Below are positions 24,101 through 37,693 of a stretch of DNA of 64,000 bases, piece by piece. A program made the translations under genes and the position numbers. The stretch spans positions 1,736,001 to 1,800,000 of the forward strand of contig OZ361256.1 in NCBI GenBank assembly GCA_977018835.1. Reading direction: 5' to 3'. The stretch's first letter is position 1, and each line of letters begins with the position of its first letter. The DNA is from Minutocellus sp. GHC0000111 (Eukaryota). Under the pieces are notes generated by a model, which saw nothing but the letters and a program-made list of their open reading frames with translations, ran no database searches and was not told the DNA's origin.

Positions 24101-25224
24101 GCACCAGCATTCGCAGACGGCCGCAGCAACGACGTCCTCCTATCGGCACTGCCCTTCTGACTGTTGTATGCCCGCTCGATGGCGTTGGCCGCCTCCTCCG
24201 TTGGGGACAAAGTTGCATTTCCGCTCACATTGTAGGCCTTGGGCAAACGCATACCACTGGGCAGGACATAAACGCCGATCCGATCACCACGTTCTCGCAT
24301 CATTGCCTGCACGGCCGCCTCAATCTCCACTTCATCGACAATGTAAGCGTCATCGTCATCGTTGTCGTCGTCATCGCCACTGTTTTTAGTCGACTTTTTT
24401 GCCTTGCCATCCTTGGAGGTTGCACCATTTTCAACCTTGGCACTGTCTCTCCTTTCGATGGCTGTACTAGATGGCTTTTCGCCATCTTTTACGGCAGCCG
24501 ACAATTCATCCAACGTTCCATTCTTCACATCACCGCCGCTGCTACCATCACCGAGGCGCTTCCATTCTCCTCTATAATAACCGGTGACATTTCGAGGATA
24601 ATGATATACCATCCGCTTGCTGTCTTCTTCGGCATCCTCGTCACCTTCTGCTCTGGAATCGGCCTCGTCGGGGGAGCCAGGTGTGGCGGCGACCTGCTGC
24701 CGCTTGGTCGTCTTGTTTCGTCTGCCCTTTTGGGTCTTGTTTTTGGAGGAGACCTTCTTCATTTCCTCTTCATTATCATCATCTTCTTCCTGCTCGACAT
24801 CCTCCCTTTCCCTTCGTTCCATGTCCTCCACCACCCAATCCATAACCTCCCGCTCCACGTCCTTCCCGTCATTGAGCCTCTGCAGAATGCCATACCGCCG
24901 ATCGAGTCGCGCCGATTGAGCAATCTTGTCATCCTGAACGATGCGGGCTCGGTACAGATGGTCCGCCATGATATCCCCGTCACCGCCGCCGCGACGACCT
25001 CGGCCACCGCGCAGCCGCCCGCCGTGCCGGGCGGCGTACTGCCTCCTCCGGGCATTTCCCTGCTCCTCCCCGTCCATGAGAATCAGCATCATCATGAACA
25101 TCATCATCATCCGCACCTGGCGCTGCCTCCGCTGCCGCTCGTGCCACATGACGATGGCGGCGCGGTCGGCTCCCACCGGGAAGGGATCGTTCCACGGGTC
25201 GTCCATCGGCACCGGGCCAATCAT
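21169..25224 (-). CDS. Transmembrane RING-H2 E3 ubiquitin ligase, Tul1/Dsc1/FLY-like
   Basis: Multi-TM block with [41 protein letters not shown], and C-terminal RING-H2 CVICYND...[29 protein letters not shown]. Confidence 0.92.
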   Translation of the reverse strand: [1351 protein letters not shown]

Positions 25225-25853
25225 TGTTATTGTTGTTGTTGTTTCACGTACGCTGGGCCACTATCTAGCTACTAGCCAAGTTCAACGTTCAGCACCTACG
25301 AAGGTTTTGGAGGCACTTTCTCTTTCACCTACGACTCCTATTGTCTTTCCGGCATAACATGTGCTCCTCTGCACCCACAGAGCAGAAGACCAGGATACGG
25401 ATACAAACAACACCGCCAGTACCTGAAATGCGTCTTTGGTGGACTAATAGAGTTGAAGATGCAAATCCCCGCAGCTACACGACCGCTGTCATGGTCACAT
25501 ACAGTTTGACGGGGTCGGTTGGGTCGGTCGGTCGTCAAATTTCGTTTCGATGCCGGTCCGTCCGTCGGTCGGTCGGTCGTCATTTCAGCATGCTTGGTCG
25601 AAGTCTTGATTTCATCACAAAGAAGCAGAGAGGTGAGGCGAGGAGATGCACTCTCGGTCGGATCTTCAAGCAAGGGACCTTCCTTTGGTTGCTTGGGATC
25701 TTGACTCCTCTGAAACTCGCCACTAATCATCACTCCAACGCATAGATATGACTAGTAGGAATTCCTACTGTAAACATGCACCACCGAAACATGTGACGAC
25801 ACCACCGAAACATGCACCTTTTGCTGGAACTGTTTTACTTCTTAAAAAATATT

Positions 25854-27083
25854 TTATACCATCATCGCACGAAAATCGGGCAGCTCATTCTCTTCCTCCT
25901 CTTCATCTTCCTCGCCACCATTCTTCTTGCCCTTGACAATCTTTTGCAATTTTAAATACAAAACCTGAAGGATCTCATCGATGAATGGCACGTAGCTCAA
26001 ACAGTAGGCGGCAATCGAAAGGTATTGGCACGCCATCAAAACCATCATTACCTGCTTCTGACCGGTCATGCCGGTCCGAAAAGCAAAGGCAACGGTCAAA
26101 ACCAACGATCCAAGATATCCGCACGAGGCCAGCTTTCTGCGTTGGTGGAACATGGTCTTCATCTGCGCCCGGGGTCCAGACAGGAAGCAGCTACCTGCCA
26201 ACGCAACGATGTTGCCCATCGTTGCGGTCAATATGTAGGGAAGAGGGTTGCCGTGCAGCAGGGCATTGATTCTAAATACACTACCAAAGGAGAGTAGATA
26301 TCCCACAACCATACAGCTACCGCATCCAATCAATCGTTGCTTGTACGTGAGACCATCGACGGCGAACATTTTCTCCGCTTTTTCCCAATATGTCTTGCGT
26401 TTGACTTCAGCGGGCTTGGAGATGATGCCCATGTTGATCATTGCATTCGATACTTCTTCGGGGACGTAATCGGTGATGATTGTATCTGCAAAGGACGCAT
26501 TGTTATCGGCCTCTCGCTCGCTTACTCGGGCTGTAGCAACGCTGTCACTTCCGATGATACTCTCGATGTCTTGCCGTACCTCTCGGGCGCCTCGTGTAAT
26601 ATCTTCGGTGAGCACTTCCACCAGCGTGTTGGGGGTCAGTGGCGTCGGCGGCGGTGGGGGAGGAGCGACCGGTGCTGGCGGCGGTGGATTCCTCCTTTTG
26701 TATTCCTCGTCCCGTAGCTTGGTCACCTCGGTAGGTTCCTGCCCCAACATGGCGCTCAACACATCTTTCGTCGAGATGGAATCTCTCAGGCTGGAGAGTG
26801 CGTTGGCGCGCATACCGTCTGATCCCGTTGCCGTCACATCGCGCGAGCAAGAACTTGTCGATCCTTCCCGCCGATCTTCGGTATTAAGACGAGATTCCGT
26901 GTTTGTTTCATTTTTTGAAGTGGCGGAGGCCCTGCTGTTGGTTGAAGAGGATGAAAATTTGGCGGGCTTTGCGCATGCGTTGGAATGAGATTTCTTTGTG
27001 GGTGTGGCCATCGTAGCGCTTTTACGGGACGGCGACGGACATGACCCGCTGGTAGCCGCTGAACGGGCGGTGGATGCCGTCAT
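25854..27083 (-). CDS. SFT2/Got1-family vesicle transport protein with long N-terminal extension
   Basis: LTYKQRLIG..., TMGNIVALAGSCFLSGPRAQMKTMFHQRR, YCLSYVPF: SFT2 four-TM pattern. Confidence 0.85.
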   Translation of the reverse strand: MTASTARSAATSGSCPSPSRKSATMATPTKKSHSNACAKPAKFSSSSTNSRASATSKNETNTESRLNTEDRREGSTSSCSRDVTATGSDGMRANALSSLRDSISTKDVLSAMLGQEPTEVTKLRDEEYKRRNPPPPAPVAPPPPPPTPLTPNTLVEVLTEDITRGAREVRQDIESIIGSDSVATARVSEREADNNASFADTIITDYVPEEVSNAMINMGIISKPAEVKRKTYWEKAEKMFAVDGLTYKQRLIGCGSCMVVGYLLSFGSVFRINALLHGNPLPYILTATMGNIVALAGSCFLSGPRAQMKTMFHQRRKLASCGYLGSLVLTVAFAFRTGMTGQKQVMMVLMACQYLSIAAYCLSYVPFIDEILQVLYLKLQKIVKGKKNGGEEDEEEEENELPDFRAMMV

Positions 27084-27474
27084 GTTGAGTAGTATGTAGG
27101 GAATATGACCAGCAGGAGTGGCTCTGGCAATAATATTTGTTATTCTTCAATGGGTGATCAACGATCCAACGCATAAAGGAGAGGCCGGCGCGATACGTAC
27201 GCATTCGCGTACGTAGGATAGGTACGTACGTAAAAAGTAGACCCGTACATACACGCATGAAACAACAAAAACAGCCGCGTCATCGTCAGGCGCCAAAGCA
27301 AGCTCATTCATTCCTGGCACAAAGCAAAGATTCGGCACTCGTGCTACTCGTATCTCAAGGCCACCTACGCTTGGTCTGTCCTTCTCTCTACGTCGTCATA
27401 GGGACTAGCCAGAGCCAGATTACGTAGTGAAAACGTGGGCAATTTTCATGTATGTAGACCACCACACCACCAAC

Positions 27475-27981
27475 ATGGTCTCCAATTCGTATGATTCCGC
27501 CATGACACCAAACCCAATCGACTTTGCCTTGCGGGTGTGCGAATCGATTGCCTTCGGTCTCCACGCTGTCCTGGGAATCATCGAACCGTGGACTGGGTGT
27601 GTTCGGACTGCCTTTCGCGACAATGGGGCCATGCCTCGTTGGTTCTGGCCAGTGGCAGGGGTGTTGCTGGGTGTAGTGGCTTCAAACGAGGTCGTGCTTG
27701 CCGCCCAGGCCTACATTGCCGCGTTTCACTTTGGCGCCTGCTTTTATCATCTACGGCTCGAACATCATCCAGCAGCAGCATGTGCTCCACTAGTCTTTGT
27801 GGTATTTGCGACGGCCGTCACATCAATTCGTACGAATGTTGGAATTGCTATTATTGGTGCTGCAATATGTGCTGGTTTTGCTTATCTGCTGAGTCGTATT
27901 CTGGTGACTCCGCAGAGTGGATCAGTTGCCGAGGGAGGCTCCCTCTTGTCCGAAAATGAACGAGCTGCTATTGGAAGATAG
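27475..27981 (+). CDS. Small multi-pass membrane protein of unknown function
   Basis: About 168 aa with 4-5 hydrophobic segments (MPRWFWPVAGVLL; AYIAAFHFGACFYH). No family recognised; start uncertain. Confidence 0.55.
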   Translation: MVSNSYDSAMTPNPIDFALRVCESIAFGLHAVLGIIEPWTGCVRTAFRDNGAMPRWFWPVAGVLLGVVASNEVVLAAQAYIAAFHFGACFYHLRLEHHPAAACAPLVFVVFATAVTSIRTNVGIAIIGAAICAGFAYLLSRILVTPQSGSVAEGGSLLSENERAAIGR

Positions 27982-28129
27982 GGATGTGCGTTATGGTTGT
28001 CATGTATTGTAACACTAAGGCATGCATAATATAGAAAAGGCACCCTTAAAATATTTTTTGCATGCATTCGCATTCGTACTCAAAATTGGTTTGCAGGTTC
28101 ACACATACACATGTACCATGGCAGAATCT

Positions 28130-28948
28130 CTACGCCTTTTTGGATTTGCTTGCCGTCGTTTTTTTACTTCCACCACTTCCTCCAAGGACACAACCCATCA
28201 AAAGGCCAACAACGAGACCAATTGCCACCAAAACCACGGCAGCATTCTTCCTCATCTGGACAATATGCTCAAAGTCATCTGCAATCATTTTGATTTGCTC
28301 ATTTGAGTCCAACATCTTGCGAATCTCCTTGACTTTTTCATCGAACCACGACGGAGGCGCCGGGACATCCTCCCCCTTGGACTCCTTGTACCCGCCGGTG
28401 GCAAATGCGGCCAACGAATCAACATCCCTTGCACCAGAGTAACGGAACATGGACCTTTCGGCAAAATAGAGAAGTGTCGGATAGCCTCTCACCTTGAATC
28501 GATTGCACACAGCCTTTTCCTTCGTACAGTCCACCTTGGCCAGAAGGATACCATCTTCCGGCGACTCGGCCTCTACCTTGTCCGCCAATTCATCCCACAC
28601 TGGAGCGAGCTTCTTGCAGTGTCCGCCTAACATATCGTAACAATCATATCTACCATCCAAACGATCAAAGACACAAGTGAGGGACGAATAAAGGCATGAG
28701 TGTGAAAAAAACAATATCACCTTGCATCATATCTTAGTTCAATGCGCCGCCGCCTGCCACTATATGTACTTACACCACGGAGCGTACATCTTGACGAACC
28801 ACTTTCCCGTGGTCTGGCCCGTCGACGCCTGCGTTTGATGCTCAAAATTCGCATCTGTCAAAATATGGACTTCCGCGGCTTCAGCGGCGGAAATACCAAG
28901 TACCAGACAGTAGCCGAGTGCCCCGAAGAGGGAGAGGAAGGAACGCAT
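28130..28948 (-). CDS. Membrane-anchored thioredoxin/PDI-like protein (TMX-like), 2 exons
   Basis: Signal peptide; WFVKMYAPWC|GHCKKLAPVW assembled across intron 28773-28627 (WCGHC); VRGYPTL cis-Pro loop; C-terminal TM and basic KSKKA tail. Confidence 0.92.
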
Positions 28949-29037
28949 GGTAATACAGCAAAATTAGTGATGGGATCAATTGATGGGATAATGGTACGAA
29001 GGTTGGCGCAAACCGCGCTACCGGCACGTGTAAGTAA

Positions 29038-31283
<2,246 letters not shown>

Positions 31284-31417
31284 GAAATGCAAGCTCAGTA
31301 TGATAGCTAATCTGCAAATCCAATGGTAGCACTTGCTACTAAAAGCATAAATGATACTTAAAAATATTAATAATCTTTATCAGAAATCGCATGCCGAAAC
31401 TGAAATACCGTCAAATT

Positions 31418-32398
31418 TTACAACTCCTTGTCGGTATTCAAATCAATTTCTTCCACACGGCAAGTTTCGATGTAATCCAGCTCGGGGAAGTGAGTCCCTA
31501 AATACTCATAACCATCATCTTGATAGATTTTCTGCGGGTCCGTTCCATCTCCGAAGGGCTTGATATCGCCAGTAACGTGCCACTTGCTGATTGGGGTGCC
31601 TTCAAGTTTGCCCTGAACAATGCCAAAGGGGGTCTCCCAACTGTTGGTGCCGAAATGCTCAAGCTGCCGCTGCGGCGTATCGGGCATAACAATGAAAACT
31701 TCTCCGGAACGACTGTCAGGTCCCGAACCAGCATAGGAAATCATGCCAGGCAAGAACGACGGGACGTCCTCACGTTTGGGATCGTCCGTGATGGGCCTCG
31801 ATCTCCAGTGCCGTCTCTTTTCAGTATCAGCGGCGATTCCAAATTGCGTTAGAAAATTCGGGACGACTCGATTCAAGGCACACCCGTCATAGTAATGATC
31901 TCGTACCAGTTCTAGGAATCGGCTGGCACCTCTCGGCGACCACCATGGAATGACCCTAATGTTGAGTGGCTGTCCCGTCTCTCGAAAACCGCTGGCAGTT
32001 GTCGTGCAGCGAACGAGTATCTCGGTCTTGTCGGCAAGGAGTAGCTCCAGATCGTGCCCAGCCCGAATCTGCACCCAATGCCGTTCGTTGCCATAATCGT
32101 AGGTAAAACGATGGCCGGGAAACGTCTCAACAACTCTTTCCCCACCTAACGGGGGAATGGGATCCTCTCCCTGCGGAAGACGACGGTCTTCGCCCTCGAA
32201 ATAAATCATGACCGGTTCCGGCAACTCATTGCGAAATGTCACCTGCATGCGATCGGCATCTTCGGCGTCGGCTGCTGCAACACTTGGAGCGAATGTGGTC
32301 AGCAACAACAAAGAGCAGAACAGCATGGCCGCTGCTGCGCCGAAAAAGCGCATTCTGAGCAGCATCATCGGTGCGTTTACCCCATACGTGCATATCAT
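31418..32398 (-). CDS. Secretory-pathway cyclophilin-like protein
   Basis: Signal peptide, WSPRGASRFLELVRDHYYDGCALNRVVPNFLTQFG, ISYAGSGPDSRSGEVFI, WETPFG (cyclophilin-like); C-terminal DKEL resembles an ER retrieval signal. Exact start uncertain. Confidence 0.8.
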   Translation of the reverse strand: MICTYGVNAPMMLLRMRFFGAAAAMLFCSLLLLTTFAPSVAAADAEDADRMQVTFRNELPEPVMIYFEGEDRRLPQGEDPIPPLGGERVVETFPGHRFTYDYGNERHWVQIRAGHDLELLLADKTEILVRCTTTASGFRETGQPLNIRVIPWWSPRGASRFLELVRDHYYDGCALNRVVPNFLTQFGIAADTEKRRHWRSRPITDDPKREDVPSFLPGMISYAGSGPDSRSGEVFIVMPDTPQRQLEHFGTNSWETPFGIVQGKLEGTPISKWHVTGDIKPFGDGTDPQKIYQDDGYEYLGTHFPELDYIETCRVEEIDLNTDKEL

Positions 32399-32959
32399 GT
32401 GCCGTGCCGTTTCGTTTCACCGTTTCCTTCCCGCTTCCCGATCCCATTCGTCTTTTCGCTCGTCGGCACACATACATGGTTATGGTTATACGTCATAACG
32501 AAGCTTATTCACCCAGGAATCCTACGTAGAATGAATCGCGTACACAATACGTACGTTAAGCAGGGCCCTACGTACGCCAGATCTTGGGTTGACACCAGCA
32601 TGTCCGTTGCGCCCTCTCTGTGGGATTGAAAGCTCAAGTCAGGCAAGTGCGCCGAGATCTTTCGTCATTGTAATGCTTTAGTCGTCGATAGTATCGATAA
32701 TAGTCGATGCTTCGGGTTGGCAGCGGATGACCAAAGCGAATCAGTCATTTGGAGGGGCGTCGCTCCTGTTCTGAGGTCTCTTCACATGCACACATAATCA
32801 GCATCTCATCGTATTCACCATTTGTTCTGAAAGTGTATTGCTACTTCTGTTCGCCATTAGCATCGCCAATCTTGTCTGCACAAGTTTGACAAGATCCTTC
32901 CACCCATCCCAATATCTTGGCTTTGATCTGATCGATCCATATTTTCGCCACAAGAAAAC

Positions 32960-34093
32960 ATGTCCGTCCAAACTGCGGAGATCATGCCGTCCTCGAAGGT
33001 CTCGGCATTTCATCTTCTCGAGCCGAGGGAACTTCCTCTTGATGCCAGAAGTAAAAAGGAACCTGACCATCACGTAATGCAAATGACACTGCAGTTCGAC
33101 AAGAGCCTTAACATCGGATGCATCAACGACCAGCATCTACCGTCAGCAAAAACGGCGACTCCCTCGACTCCTACCAAGTTGCACAAACGGTCGGCGTCAG
33201 ATCCATGCGGCAAAAGGCTGCCGGCGTCTTACCGGCACGAAGCGCTGGAGGATTTGCTTGCCACCCTCTGCGAGCGTCACGAAAAGTATGGTGATTCTCA
33301 CCCCAAGACAGCCTCTACGTATAATCAGTTGGGCACATATCACTTCCGACACTGCCACTGGAAGGAGGCCGAGAACGCTTACTCAGAAGCGCTCAGCTGC
33401 TTCCAGGCAGCCTTTCGAACCGGCAAGAGCCGAAATCGTGAGTACTGTCGTACAAAAGGAGCGTTGACCATTGCCTCGATCCTGAACAATATTGGCACAG
33501 TCTGTTGGAGGACAGGCCGCCTCGCCGAGGCAACGGATTACATCGAACAAACAATTACAATCCAAGAGGGATTGCTTGCACGAGAATCAGATCGGCTCAT
33601 CGTTGACAAATTGGAGGTCGCGGGGACATATTACAATTTGGGCATCGTCCATTTCCTTCGGGGATGTCATCGTCATGCCATCAAGGCTCTGGGCCGTGCC
33701 CGCCAACTTTACCAAGAGGCTGAGGTAACTTACGGGCCACTTTTATTGGAATCATCTCGCGTCATCGATGCTATCGGCAAAGTCTTCATGCTCAGTGGCA
33801 ACTTCGAAGAGGCGTTAAGACATCTCTACGATGCTCTTCATATGAAAAAGCGTATTCTTGATTCCAAGCACCCCTCAGTTCTTCGCACTCTTTCGACCAT
33901 TGCCGAAGTACATACCCAGAGGAAAGACGTGCCGATGGCTAAGCACCTGCTTCAGCAAATTCTGCACGCGCAAAAAGTCGCCTTCGATCGGACTACTGAT
34001 AGGGAACAACAAGATCTCATCGCTCTAGACCTCTCAGCCACCAAGAAGCTGCTGCAGGATCTTTCCAGAATTCCCCTAGAGATTCGCATTTAA
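32960..34093 (+). CDS. Tetratricopeptide-repeat protein (kinesin light chain-like TPRs)
   Basis: HPKTASTYNQLG, IASILNNIG, VAGTYYNLG, HPSVLRTLSTIA repeats. Confidence 0.8.
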   Translation: MSVQTAEIMPSSKVSAFHLLEPRELPLDARSKKEPDHHVMQMTLQFDKSLNIGCINDQHLPSAKTATPSTPTKLHKRSASDPCGKRLPASYRHEALEDLLATLCERHEKYGDSHPKTASTYNQLGTYHFRHCHWKEAENAYSEALSCFQAAFRTGKSRNREYCRTKGALTIASILNNIGTVCWRTGRLAEATDYIEQTITIQEGLLARESDRLIVDKLEVAGTYYNLGIVHFLRGCHRHAIKALGRARQLYQEAEVTYGPLLLESSRVIDAIGKVFMLSGNFEEALRHLYDALHMKKRILDSKHPSVLRTLSTIAEVHTQRKDVPMAKHLLQQILHAQKVAFDRTTDREQQDLIALDLSATKKLLQDLSRIPLEIRI

Positions 34094-34444
34094 AACGACG
34101 ATATATTATATGCACATATAAATCCGAGCCCACCTTGTACAATAAATAATGTTGTAACAGAAATAGTCCTACTAGTACATTCATTTCATAAATGTATGAC
34201 AGTTTTCTACATAGACGTTTATAGGATCGACATAATCAGGCAATGAGAAGTGAAGAAATGTACATGTATCTGTCTTTGTCTCGCCGGGAATATGTCGTAG
34301 CTCCTAACATTTGTTCATCTCAAAGGAGGCACCATGCCATATGGTCAGCTCCCATAGCTACTAAATATATTTTGCGCATTTGGTATACTCTCAATATCAA
34401 GCTACACGTAGGTAGGTACTGCACATATCGAAAGATCTAGATAG

Positions 34445-35404
34445 CTAGGACCACACCTCAAAGCCTTCGCCTTCTTCAAAGGCACAGATGTCGGTGTCCT
34501 CTGTCGAAGCTTCAACCACACGGAGATATTCGACGAGGTCGTCCAATTCCTTATGCAATCCTGAATTGGTGTCGGTGCTGGTGTTGATGTCAGTTGTGCC
34601 ATTGGCACGTAAGGACGAGTCGGTTTTTATTCCGTCGTCGGAACGTTCGTTCGTCCTCTTCCATGGGATCCCTACACGGAAGTCTTTCCTGCTGGCATGT
34701 GCTTGTAATTGGAAGACGGCGAAAGCGATCAGAGCAAAGAGGGCAATGAAGACGAACGATATCCCAAATTTCCCCCCAGGTGTCATTCCGCGGATTCCGC
34801 CCTGGCTACTATCAGGTATCTCTTGCAAGAAGACCTCGTCGGATTTACTTGTCGTTATATCCATCGGCGTCGTTTTTTCTTCTGGCTCTGGTTCTGGCTC
34901 TGGCTCTGTCACAGGAGCAAAAAGATTCAAATCTTCAATCTCTTCTGATGGCTCATCATTCGTATCCTCGATAAATACATTCTCCTTCATTACGCTCTCT
35001 GATTCTGTCTGTGCGGTGGCTTCCTCTGCAGCCTTGGCCGCTTCTTTTTCGGCTTTCTTCAATGCCTTCTCCTCATCTTTCTTCGTCTTCTTCATGGCCT
35101 TCTGACAGTCCTTGCCACAGTCGGCAACGCCTTCTTCCACATTTTCGTCCCGCTTATTGTCTTCCTTCAGTCGCCGATCTCGTTTGGTCGCAGTAGGAAT
35201 AGAATCACCAGTACTTATGACATCATCACCACGAAGGGCAAGCACACGAGAAAGTTGATTGATGTGAACGTCGATATGGGAAAAAGTCGGTACCTGCGCC
35301 GACTGGGCTTCGGAACCAGATACTACTGGCGCCACTGCCAAAAGTATGCCAGCGCCTACACTGACGGCAGGCGCCCAGAGGAATAGACCTACTAGCGAGC
35401 GCAT
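34445..35404 (-). CDS. Single-pass membrane protein of unknown function (signal peptide, RRL motif, acidic/PE-rich stalk)
   Basis: Hydrophobic N-terminus, DRRLKE, EPEPEPEPEE, TM GGKFGISFVFIALFALIAFAVF. Confidence 0.6.
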   Translation of the reverse strand: MRSLVGLFLWAPAVSVGAGILLAVAPVVSGSEAQSAQVPTFSHIDVHINQLSRVLALRGDDVISTGDSIPTATKRDRRLKEDNKRDENVEEGVADCGKDCQKAMKKTKKDEEKALKKAEKEAAKAAEEATAQTESESVMKENVFIEDTNDEPSEEIEDLNLFAPVTEPEPEPEPEEKTTPMDITTSKSDEVFLQEIPDSSQGGIRGMTPGGKFGISFVFIALFALIAFAVFQLQAHASRKDFRVGIPWKRTNERSDDGIKTDSSLRANGTTDINTSTDTNSGLHKELDDLVEYLRVVEASTEDTDICAFEEGEGFEVWS

Positions 35405-35805
35405 CAATATGCTTACATGTACTAGTACGTAGTCAAGTGAGTTCTGGTGTGCTCGAATTGCCGAGATCCGCCACCGTTATGATATGGCACCTCTCCGATG
35501 GCCAAAAAATTAGCAGCAACCGCCGCGATGCGATGACATCAATTTGAATTTTGGGTTCCCCCTTCCCCCCCCAACATGAACAAAAAACTCTCTGAACCTC
35601 TTAATGCGTCATCTAGATCTACTCTAGAGTAGCTAGCTAGACTAGCTAGAGATCTAAACCTAAACAAAACGATTTGTTCTGCCGTTCATCTATAACACTG
35701 AAACCGGTCTACTATTTAGTGAGGGATTCGCATGCACATACCGGTGGAAATCTACAGCACATGTACTAGACCAGAGTATTTTGCAATGGCGGCATTATTC
35801 AATCT

Positions 35806-37693
35806 TCATTTGCCAAACTGAGCCTCTGTAACACCGGCTCCCATGGCGGCAGTGCTCGAAACACCACCGCTGGCCACCGTCACCATGGTATCAACGAGCT
35901 CGGCGCCAGACCACTTCTGATGAGTCAGCAATTCAACTTGACCATCGCGTTCCTTGCGCTGGATATTCTGAACATATGCCAGCATGCCACGATCACCAAA
36001 GGCTCTGGCAAGCTCCGTAACGATAAGACCGTTGGAATGAAAACCGGCCAAAGTAATGAATTGCCAGGCATAGCCCAGGCGTCCAAGGTCGTCGTTGAAG
36101 GAAGCCAGCTGGTTGTCCGTCATGCCAGATGCATCCCAGTTGAAACTTGGGCTCAGATTGTATGCCAACATTTGATGGGGATAAGCCGCCTTGACACCAT
36201 CGGAAAATTTCTTGGCGTCTGGAATACCAGGAATCTTGGTCTCCATCCAAATCAGATCGGCATGGGGAGCATATGCTCGGGCGCGCTGGATGCAGTAGTC
36301 AATGCCTGCCTTGAGCTGATAATATCCTTCCCGGACTCGGCAAAGTTCCCAGTCAAAGTAGACGGAGTTCTTCTGGCCAATAATTTGATCGGCAATACGA
36401 CGTGCCTGGGCATTGCTCAGCGTGTCAGGATCACTGGCCTTCCACTTGGCGGCCATATTGCGCTTGGCCCTCTCACCGATGGGAAGGGATTGGATCTTGG
36501 CAAGGACGGCCTCGCTGAATGTCATTAGATTGGCCTTGGCGGCCCATGCCTTTGAGTCACTTGCATCAAGGAGCGAACCAACGCCAGGAGTAGTTACTCC
36601 GAGGATGAAGGGGTGATCTCTGCCGTCGATATTCGAATCAAGCAATGTGGCAGCCTCGGCATCAGTACGTGCCACGATGACGGTGTTGGCACCCATGATA
36701 TCTGCCGCCAGACGAGCGGCGACGAGCCGATTGCAATGTTCCTGCGTGGAGACCAGAACTTTGCCGCCCTGAAATAGATGCAATGTGAAGGAAGACAAAA
36801 TGAAATAAAAGTAAGAGATGTGCTCGATTTGGGTTGCAACATGGAAGTACCATGCAAAAAATGAAACTCACCATATGACCACACTTCTTAGTACCAGGCT
36901 TTTGGTCTTCGAAGTGAATGCCGGCCGCACCTGCCTCGATGAAGAGCTTTGTAAGCTTCATGACAGCCGAGAGTCCACCGTGGCCTGGAAATGATTGGAA
37001 TGCAAGAAAGACAACATTTGGTGAGGGAAAAAAAAAATAGAAAACTTATCGCGCACATGCGCTGCTTGGCTACCTCATTCAATTCAACGTACCAGTGTCT
37101 CCGTCCGCTACGACTGGCGTGAGATAATCCACCTTGTCGCCTGGTTCCTGGCCATTCAACAGAAGTTCGGATCGCTCCTGATTCTGCCTCCGATCATGAT
37201 GAAGCTGAGCCCGCACCAACTGATCGACCTTGTTGGGGACGGTGTTCATCGGATAGTCGGCAAAGTCAGGACCGGGCTCGTTCGTGGTCGATGCCGTTGA
37301 GGAGCATTGACAGCCAGACACATAGACGCTGGACAAGTGGGGGGCCATCTGAACGGCCTGCACGGGATCGAGAGCACCAAAGGTGTGGGAATATCCACCT
37401 CGCGCATGGAGGGACGTGAGAAGAGAGTACAACTTGTCAGATTGGGCGGAACTGAAGGTCGTTTTGGGACTGGTGTGACGATTGCCATGTGCCTCGGGAG
37501 ATGGTCGGAGGGAGGCCACGTCAAGAGCCGAATAAGGACGAGTTGTGTGCTGGAATCTGCTTGTTTTCCACCACTGATCGATTTCGGAGGCCTCGTTGCG
37601 GAGACGGGCCAGCTCGGCCGCCGACGACTGCTTGGGTTTACGTCCTCCGGCGGGAAGAACTCGAAGACCTCTGCTTACTTTGGCAGGTGGCAT
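35806..37693 (-). CDS. aceA: Isocitrate lyase, 3 exons
   Basis: [55 protein letters not shown] (catalytic KKCGH), [47 protein letters not shown]. Introns 37092-36985 and 36871-36769. Confidence 0.97.

Noticed and set aside
25510..25815. GGTC runs and a 15-bp CACCACCGAAACATG direct repeat
   Set aside because: Short low-complexity duplications without TIRs or TSDs; no support for an element.
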